Positions 7,962 to 13,642 of a DNA stretch of 13,642 bases are shown piece after piece. Source of the stretch: Candidatus Micrarchaeota archaeon (lineage in GTDB: Archaea > B1Sed10-29). The notes beneath the pieces are model-generated. The model was not told the origin of the DNA, searched no databases, and saw nothing but the letters and a program-made list of their open reading frames with translations. The stretch spans positions 1-13,642 of the forward strand of contig CAYLXZ010000017.1 in the NCBI GenBank assembly GCA_964388265.1, read 5' to 3'. Position numbers and translations under genes: made by a program. Each line of letters begins with the position of its first letter. Within the stretch, counting starts at the first letter, position 1.

Positions 7962-8399
7962 TTATTCTTTCTTCTCTTCTTTTCTTTTCTTCCATCTCTC
8001 TGTCACTCTTTCAATGCCTTTTCTATCTTTATCCATAAATTTTCTTTTAGCTTCTTTTACGTCGCTCGCGCCTTTGGTTATCGATATAGATTCCTTTATA
8101 TCCTTGTTTAATTTCTTTACTCTATCTTTCAGTTTCTCGAGCTCTCCTTTTAGTTTGCTTTCTCTTTCAGCTTTTTCTATTGAATTCCTAATCCCGCTTA
8201 AATTCATTCTAGCTTTATTAAGTTCCTTAAGAGCTTCTTTTTTTGAAGAAGAAGATCTAAGGATCTCTCTAGGTTTATTAATATCTATCTGTAATTTGTT
8301 TCTTGAGCCTCTGGCTTCGGATTCTGTGCTTTTCTTCTTTTTTTCCTCTTGTTTCTTTTTCTTATTTTTGTCAAATTTCTCAAGTTTTTTCGATCTCAT
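7962..8399 (-). CDS. Hypothetical highly basic K/R/E-rich protein, 145 aa (3' end possibly truncated)
   Basis: SD GAAGGTG overlapping the endA stop, ATG at 8399, atypical T-ending codons. Confidence 0.65.
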   Translation of the reverse strand: MRSKKLEKFDKNKKKKQEEKKKKSTESEARGSRNKLQIDINKPREILRSSSSKKEALKELNKARMNLSGIRNSIEKAERESKLKGELEKLKDRVKKLNKDIKESISITKGASDVKEAKRKFMDKDRKGIERVTERWKKRKEEKKE

Positions 8400-8404
8400 T
8401 TTTA

Positions 8405-8413
8405 CACCTTCAA
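8405..8413. repeat. 9-bp direct repeat, copy 2, inside the palindrome ACACCTT-C-AAGGTGT (8404-8418)
   Basis: Identical to 7431-7439. Contains the endA TGA stop and the SD of the next gene. Confidence 0.6.
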
Positions 8414-8922
8414 GGTGTTATTCTGTTTATTTTGTAGTATGTTATGTCGCCTTCTTTGTCTAGGACGGCGTATATCATTTTTTTCCGGACGTTTTGAGCT
8501 AGTCGCACGGATTTGCTTACTTCTTGTAGTGTGAAGGTGTATTCTTCTGGTATGGATTGCACTAGCCATTTGGCGTGGCCTGTTCCTGGTTTTTCTCCTC
8601 TTTCGTATACTCTGTAGTGTGATCCGAATTTGAATCCGGTTTTTACGCAGAATCCTCTGTCTCTTAGGTCTTTGAATACTGGGTATTTTCTTGGGAATTC
8701 TTCGTCTATCTCTGTGAATGTTTTTCTTAGTTCTTGTTGGGTGAGGTTTTTTCCTTCTTCGTTTTTTACTGGGAACTCTTTTCTTTTTTCTTTTAGGTAG
8801 AGTGTTTCTTCTGGTGATAGTATTAGGTTTTCTTCTTTTTCTTCTCCGTAGCCTTTTTCTTTGAGTTCCTGTATTAGTTCGGGGTCTTGGGTGTGTATTC
8901 TTTCTTCTGTGAGTAGTGGCAT
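8410..8922 (-). CDS. endA: tRNA-intron lyase (tRNA splicing endonuclease), single-unit catalytic subunit
   Basis: FKDLRDRG, KTGFKFG, candidate catalytic triad Tyr (YRVY), His (GHA) and Lys (VRKK), C-terminal GDITYY. 170 aa fits the alpha4 type or the alpha subunit of a heteromer. SD AGGAG upstream. Confidence 0.95.
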   Translation of the reverse strand: MPLLTEERIHTQDPELIQELKEKGYGEEKEENLILSPEETLYLKEKRKEFPVKNEEGKNLTQQELRKTFTEIDEEFPRKYPVFKDLRDRGFCVKTGFKFGSHYRVYERGEKPGTGHAKWLVQSIPEEYTFTLQEVSKSVRLAQNVRKKMIYAVLDKEGDITYYKINRITP

Positions 8923-8982
8923 TGTATCTCCTGTGTTGATATATGTGGTTATGGTTAAAATGGTTAGGGGGCTAGAGAAGAT

Positions 8983-11900
8983 TTACTTGAGGTTTTTTCT
9001 TAATCTTTCTTTTATTTCTTCTCTTCTAGTTATTGCTAGTGCGAGAATTAGTAGTGTTATCAGGGTTGTTATTATGGCTGATGGGTTTGCTAGTGTTCCT
9101 ATGGCTAGTCCGGTGGCTGCTGTGGTTTCTGTTTCTTCTTCAGTTTCTTGTTCTGTTTCTATTTTCCTGGTTTTTGTTTTTGTGTCTTTGTAGTGTTCTA
9201 GTGGGATGTATCCTTGTGTTTTCATGGTTACTTGGAATGTTTCCATTGGTGCTAGTGATGTGTTCCAGGCTACTGTTGGGTCTTTGAGTATGATTTCATC
9301 TGGCTCTGGGTCGTAGTCTATTTGTTCTATGTTTTCTGCTACTTTTTTTGGTGTTTGGATTATTATTTTGAAGTGGGTTGAGTTGTCTAGTCTGTTTTCG
9401 AAGTTTAGTTTTAGTTGTGTTGTGTTTTCTTGGTGGTTGTATTGGTATAATCCGGTTACTGCTGTGTGTTCTTTTCTTCCTAGGTTGATTGAGGATGCTA
9501 TGTCTTGTTCTGGTGGTTGTTCTTCTTCTCTTGTGACTGTTATTTTCTTGGTGTCGTAGTCGATGTTTCCTTTGTTGTCTTGTACTTGTAGTTTTGCTGT
9601 GTATACTCCTGTTTCTGTGTAGGTGTGGGTTGTTTGTCCGGTTTCGTTGGATTCGTAGTTCCATTCTCCGTTTCCGTTGAAGTCCCATTTGTATTTGGTT
9701 ACTTCTGTGTTTAGGGTGTGTGCTTGTCCGTTGAACTGTGTTTCTTGGTTTACTTGTGTTTCTTGGTCTTTTCCTGCGTCTGCTTGGATGAATCCTTCTT
9801 TGGATTTGGTTGTTGTGAATCTCCATGTGTTGCTTTGGGTGGTGTTTTCTTGGGTATGGACTTGAATGTACCATCTGTAGGTTTTGTCTTGTTTGAGGTT
9901 TTCCCATGTGGTGCTTGCTGTTCCTTCTCCGTCTTTAACTGCTCTGTATCCTATCATTTGATCGTTTTCTTGGTTGTAGAACACGACTGACATGTTTCTG
10001 TTTTCTTTTTTATCCTCTACGTGTACTTTTAGTTCTGGGTCGGTGGATACTTCTGTTTCTCCGTTATCTGGGTTTATTAGTTTTATCTTGATTTCTCCTG
10101 GGGTTGGAGTTTTCTCTTCTCCTGTTCTGAATTTCCAGGTTTTGCTTTCTGCTGTGTTCGTTCCGTCCGTTGCTTCTACTCGCCATTTGTAGGTTTTTTC
10201 TGGTTCTAGGTTTTCCCATCTTAGTGTTGCTGTTGTTCCGCTTTCTACTGAGTGGTCTTTTCCTAGGTATCTGTTGGTTCTTGCATTGTAGAATGATACA
10301 TCGAGTTCTTCTTGGTCTGCGTGACCTACTTTTACTTTTAGTTTTGGGTTTGTGGGTGTGTTGATTTCGTTGTTGTCTGGGTTTTTTAGCTTGAATGCTA
10401 TTTTCTTGTTCTGGTATGTTAGGGATGGGTAGGTGAAGTCGGTGATTATGTTCCATGTGTCTTGGAAGTTCCAGCCTGCGTCTGTGTAGGTTGTTTTTTC
10501 TTTCATTTCTGAGGTTGTGTGTCCTGTTGAGTGTTGGTAGCATGCGTCTGTGTCTTGGTTTGTTTTTTCTCTGTCCCAGAATGAGGCGCTGCATGATCCT
10601 TGGTAGTCGTAGTCGTCTTTGTTTTTTCCTATTAGTCCTCCGGTTTTTTCTGTTCCTGTTATTGTTCCTTTTGCGTAGGTTTTTTCTATGGTTCCTGTGT
10701 TTTGGCCTGTGATTCCTCCTACTGAGATTTCTCCTTTTACTGATGTGGTTGAGTAGGTGTTTTTTATCTTTGCTTTTTCGTCTGTGTATTTTTCTACTTG
10801 GTTGTATCCTGTGATTCCTCCCACTGCTTCTTCTCCGTTTACTATTCCTTTTGCGTAGGTTTGTTTTATTGTTCCTTCTCCTTTGTTTACTCCTGTTATT
10901 CCTCCTGTGGCGAGTTTTTCTCCTTCTACATTGATTTTGACGTGTGATTCCTGAATTGTTCCTTTGTTTCTTCCTGTTAGGCCTCCTGTGTAGTAGTTTC
11001 CTTTTACTTGTCCTTCTGTGTTGCTTTTTTCTATCTTGCCTTTGTTGACTCCTGCTATGGTTCCTACTACTTGGTCTCCTGTGATGTCTGTGTATCTTAA
11101 TCTAGTGTTTTTAACTGTTGCTTCTTCTCCTAGTGCGCTGAAGAGCCCAATGTTGTTTGATTCTGGCCTGTCTATATATAGATCTGTAATTTTGTAGGTT
11201 CCACCGTTTAGTGTACCGGTGAATTGGTTGTTGGCGTCTCCGATCGGTTTGAATCCTTTTCTTCCGTTCCATTGTTCTGTGATGCTGCAGTCTATGTTGC
11301 TGGCTAGGTAGTAGTTCTCATCCAGGTCATTTTGAATGTTCTGTAGTTCTTGGCAGGTGTTTATCTCATGATCTGTATCTTCTTTGAAGTGTGCTGTCAC
11401 TTCCTTGTCTTCATCCATAGTTACGGTAATTTGATCGTCTATACCGCTGTGATCTCCTGTCCATTCTTGGAAGATCCATCCTTGATCTGCGTTAGCTGTG
11501 ATGGTTACTTCTGTGCCTTCTTCGTATTCATATTGATCTGGGTTGACATCTACTGTTCCTTGTCCGTCTGTATTCACTGTGAGGGTGTAGTTTTCTTTGG
11601 GTGGTTCTTTCCACTCTTGCCATGATAGTGCTGGGTACCCTATGTTTCCTTCGTGGTCCTTTACTGTGGCATGGTCGCCTTCTAGCCATGTTTCCACGAA
11701 GTTCCAGCCTTGGTAAGTGTCATTTGAGTATTCCCAGGTCATTTCAGACGTGTTTCTACCGATGACACCTGTACTGGTTCCTTTTCCAATTCCACTATCC
11801 TGATTAGTAGTTTCATAATTCCAATAAGAGTTATAAACACTATCTTCATCCCATCCGATTAAACCACCGATTTTCTCACCAGAACCGGTTACGGAGCCGG

Positions 11901-12597
11901 TGGTATACGAATTGGAAACACTACCTTCTCCATTGATTCCAATTAAACCACCAACATTATTCTCTCCAGCTACGGAGCTGGTTGAATATGAATTAGAAAC
12001 CCTATTATAATTATATCCTGTTAAACCACCTGTATGATTACCTCCATTTACAGAGCCAGTAGAATATGAACTAGAAATACTACCTTCAAAATTCAATCCG
12101 ACTAAACCACCAACATAACTAGAGCCAGTTACAGATCCAGTGGCATACGAATCGGAAACACTACCAAAATTAACTCCTATTAAACCTCCAACTCCATAAT
12201 AACCGGTTATATTTACATCCTTTAAACCTATATCTGTGATATTAGCATCGCTACCAGTGTAACCGAACAGACCGATTCTTTTCGTAGATTCTCTATCTAT
12301 ATATAGATCGCTTATCACATATCCTTGTCCATCGAAAGATCCTTTAAACCGATCTTCTTCAGATAGATTTCCTATTGGTTTGAATCCTTTTCCACCGTTC
12401 CATTGTTCTGTGATGCTGCAGTCTATGTTGTTGGTTAGGTAGTAGTTTCCATCCAGGTCATTATGGATGTTTTGTAGTTCCTGACATGTGGTGATAGGAG
12501 TATAGCTATTCTCTGCGGATAGTGCTGTTGGTATGATTAGGGTTAGTGCTAGTGTGAAGAGGGTTGCTAAGGCAATCTTGTTTTTTCTTGATTTCAT
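8983..12597 (-). CDS. Large cell-surface (glyco)protein: signal peptide, GLUG-repeat module 1, InlB B-repeat-like domain, GLUG-repeat module 2, two FN3/Ig-like domains, PKD, C-terminal domain, TM anchor
   Basis: N-terminal signal peptide, repeated VGGLxG/GGITG motifs, YTLTV...GTEVTITA...GWIFQEWTG, two KL.NPDN...Y.W...TW.F.T units, ADAG...YKWDF.G...YTETGVYTAKLQV, C-terminal hydrophobic helix with basic tail, many N-x-S/T sequons. Confidence 0.9.
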   Translation of the reverse strand: MKSRKNKIALATLFTLALTLIIPTALSAENSYTPITTCQELQNIHNDLDGNYYLTNNIDCSITEQWNGGKGFKPIGNLSEEDRFKGSFDGQGYVISDLYIDRESTKRIGLFGYTGSDANITDIGLKDVNITGYYGVGGLIGVNFGSVSDSYATGSVTGSSYVGGLVGLNFEGSISSSYSTGSVNGGNHTGGLTGYNYNRVSNSYSTSSVAGENNVGGLIGINGEGSVSNSYTTGSVTGSGEKIGGLIGWDEDSVYNSYWNYETTNQDSGIGKGTSTGVIGRNTSEMTWEYSNDTYQGWNFVETWLEGDHATVKDHEGNIGYPALSWQEWKEPPKENYTLTVNTDGQGTVDVNPDQYEYEEGTEVTITANADQGWIFQEWTGDHSGIDDQITVTMDEDKEVTAHFKEDTDHEINTCQELQNIQNDLDENYYLASNIDCSITEQWNGRKGFKPIGDANNQFTGTLNGGTYKITDLYIDRPESNNIGLFSALGEEATVKNTRLRYTDITGDQVVGTIAGVNKGKIEKSNTEGQVKGNYYTGGLTGRNKGTIQESHVKINVEGEKLATGGITGVNKGEGTIKQTYAKGIVNGEEAVGGITGYNQVEKYTDEKAKIKNTYSTTSVKGEISVGGITGQNTGTIEKTYAKGTITGTEKTGGLIGKNKDDYDYQGSCSASFWDREKTNQDTDACYQHSTGHTTSEMKEKTTYTDAGWNFQDTWNIITDFTYPSLTYQNKKIAFKLKNPDNNEINTPTNPKLKVKVGHADQEELDVSFYNARTNRYLGKDHSVESGTTATLRWENLEPEKTYKWRVEATDGTNTAESKTWKFRTGEEKTPTPGEIKIKLINPDNGETEVSTDPELKVHVEDKKENRNMSVVFYNQENDQMIGYRAVKDGEGTASTTWENLKQDKTYRWYIQVHTQENTTQSNTWRFTTTKSKEGFIQADAGKDQETQVNQETQFNGQAHTLNTEVTKYKWDFNGNGEWNYESNETGQTTHTYTETGVYTAKLQVQDNKGNIDYDTKKITVTREEEQPPEQDIASSINLGRKEHTAVTGLYQYNHQENTTQLKLNFENRLDNSTHFKIIIQTPKKVAENIEQIDYDPEPDEIILKDPTVAWNTSLAPMETFQVTMKTQGYIPLEHYKDTKTKTRKIETEQETEEETETTAATGLAIGTLANPSAIITTLITLLILALAITRREEIKERLRKNLK
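9577..9640. repeat. 64-bp repeat in the PKD domain, shared with the upstream gene (partner 13228-13291)
   Basis: Hand alignment gives 60/64 identical. Encodes G(Q/E)TTHTYTETGVYTAKLQVQD. Confidence 0.9.
11246..11359. repeat. 114-bp intragenic direct repeat at the start of GLUG module 2 (partner 12377-12490)
   Basis: Hand alignment gives about 102/114 identical, including a 36-bp perfect run. Offset 1131 bp. Confidence 0.92.
12377..12490. repeat. 114-bp intragenic direct repeat at the start of GLUG module 1 (partner 11246-11359)
   Basis: Encodes TCQELQNI.NDLD.NYYL..NIDCSITEQWNG.KGFKP. Confidence 0.92.
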
Positions 12598-13642
12598 TTA
12601 ATCACCTTTGTTTTCTTCTATTGGTTGTTCTATGTTGTTTTCTTTTTCTGTGAATTCTATGTCTAGGTTTTCTTCTAGTTTATTTTTTACTTCTTCTCTT
12701 TTCCATACTGCGAGTGCTAGTAGCCCGATTATTATTAGTACTGTTATTCCTACTGCTGGTTCTGCTAGTGTTCCTACGATTAGTGCTGTGGCTGTTGGTG
12801 TTGTTGGTTGTTGTTCTATTGGTGTTATTGCTAGGGTTATGTTTTTAGTTGTGTTTAGTGGGATGTGTTTTTCTTTGGTTAGTGTTATTGTGGTGTTTTC
12901 TTGTGTTGTGATTGTTCTGTTCCATCTTACGATTGGATCTTGTTCTAGTATTTTATCTGGCTGTGGTTCTAGCTGTATCTGTGTTAGGTTTGTTGCTATT
13001 TGTTTTGGTATGTTCATGGTGATTGAGTAGTTTTTTTCTTCTTCTGCTGGTCCTATCGTGAATTTCACGGTGGTTATGTTTGTTTCTGCGTTGTATTGGT
13101 AGTTCATTTGTGTTGATATGTTTGTTTCTAGTGAGATTTGTTCTTCTGCGGATTCCGGTCCTTGTTCCTCTGGTTGTTCTTCCGTGACTGTGATTTGAAC
13201 TGTATCTGTATCTAGTTTACCTTGGTCGTCTTGTACTTGTAGTTTTGCTGTATATACTCCTGTTTCTGTGTATGTATGGGTTGTTTCTCCGCTTGAGGTT
13301 GAGGTGTAGTCCCATCCATCTCCATCGAAGTCCCATTTATATCTTACTACTTCTCCGTCTTGGTCTTCTCCTGTTCCTTGCAGTGTCACTTCTTCGTTGA
13401 CGATTACTTCTTTGTTTTCTCCTGCGTCTGCGGTTGGAGCGTTATTTATTGGTGTGGATCCTCCGTATCCTCCGCCTGTTCCGCCTCCTGTGCCTTCTTC
13501 GGAGACTGTGATGCTTTGGTTGTATTCGTCTGTTGCTCCTATGTTGTCTTTAACTGTTAGCGTCACTGTGTAGGTGCCTGTGGAGCTGTATGAGTGTGTT
13601 ATGGTTGTGGTGTTTCCTGTTGTTCCATCTCCTAGGTTCCAG
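12598..13642 (-). CDS. PKD-domain cell-surface protein, 3' part only (starts beyond right edge)
   Basis: The frame stays open past the track's GTG 'start' to 13641 (WNLGDGTTGNTTTITHSYSSTGTYTVTLTVKD, a PKD motif). Then a Gly-rich linker, a second PKD, a C-terminal domain and a TM anchor. TAA is immediately followed by the ATG of the next gene. Confidence 0.9.
   Translation of the reverse strand, partial: WNLGDGTTGNTTTITHSYSSTGTYTVTLTVKDNIGATDEYNQSITVSEEGTGGGTGGGYGGSTPINNAPTADAGENKEVIVNEEVTLQGTGEDQDGEVVRYKWDFDGDGWDYTSTSSGETTHTYTETGVYTAKLQVQDDQGKLDTDTVQITVTEEQPEEQGPESAEEQISLETNISTQMNYQYNAETNITTVKFTIGPAEEEKNYSITMNIPKQIATNLTQIQLEPQPDKILEQDPIVRWNRTITTQENTTITLTKEKHIPLNTTKNITLAITPIEQQPTTPTATALIVGTLAEPAVGITVLIIIGLLALAVWKREEVKNKLEENLDIEFTEKENNIEQPIEENKGD
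13228..13291. repeat. 64-bp repeat in the PKD domain (partner 9577-9640)
   Basis: 60/64 identical by hand alignment. Confidence 0.9.

Noticed and set aside
7654..8463. 269-aa plus-strand ORF rich in F/L/S
   Set aside because: Antisense shadow of the K/E-rich minus-strand ORFs in the same codon register. Low-complexity sequence with no SD.
2261..8929. Identical AGATACAATG at the starts of acdB (2270-2261) and endA (8929-8920)
   Set aside because: Only 7 nt beyond the ATG, in A-rich start context, with no functional link between the genes. Likely chance.
8923..8982. Possible tRNA or ncRNA next to endA or in other intergenic gaps
   Set aside because: The gaps are short and AT-rich, with no cloverleaf, T-loop motif or GC-rich stems.
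9296..10594. Alternate-frame minus-strand ORFs (203 aa and 176 aa) inside the big surface gene
   Set aside because: R/N/H/Q-rich shifted-frame products expected when the real gene avoids T at third positions, which removes stop codons from that frame.
11860..12189. TAAACC(A/T)CC recurring every 78-84 bp, superficially CRISPR-like
   Set aside because: These are the GGL codons of in-frame GLUG protein repeats. The unit is only 9 bp, the intervening sequences are homologous and no cas genes are present.
11171..12309. 12-bp palindrome TCTATATATAGA present twice (11171 and 12296)
   Set aside because: It encodes the conserved DLYID motif in both GLUG modules, so protein homology explains it.
11246..12490. 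114-bp repeat pair as a possible DGR template/variable repeat
   Set aside because: Both copies are in frame within one CDS at module N-termini, mismatches are not confined to adenines of one copy, and no reverse transcriptase is in the window.
13564..13566. GTG start given by the ORF track for the last gene
   Set aside because: It falls in the middle of a PKD domain. The frame is open to the window edge and there is no signal peptide, so the real start is outside the window.

Overview
Archaeal chromosomal window: GGTGA/AGGAG Shine-Dalgarno motifs, TATA-type promoters, and dph5, endA, nmd3, DUF357 and split ADP-forming acyl-CoA synthetase genes. The small, tightly packed, K/E-rich genes would fit a DPANN-like or other streamlined archaeon, but taxonomy cannot be fixed from this window. 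Left to right: a partial hypothetical gene (-); acdA and acdB (-); a divergent promoter; a KH-less beta-CASP ribonuclease, a short Nmd3 and a 90-aa orphan (+). A long, tightly packed minus-strand run then reads, from the right edge: partial PKD surface protein, 1204-aa GLUG/B-repeat/FN3-like/PKD surface protein, endA, two K/E-rich orphans, DHH phosphoesterase, dph5, DUF357, a membrane-anchored protein and a 62-aa orphan. I saw no RNA genes, CRISPR arrays, transposases or integrases. Most interesting signals: (1) the big surface gene looks mosaic, with one GLUG module in foreign codon usage starting right at a 114-bp near-identical repeat; (2) both surface proteins share a C-terminal domain plus a non-PGF candidate sorting motif; (3) a codon-deviant two-orphan cassette sits between 9-bp direct repeats; (4) a hairpin is built from the last codons of two abutting convergent genes. 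None of these is proven to be a new system.
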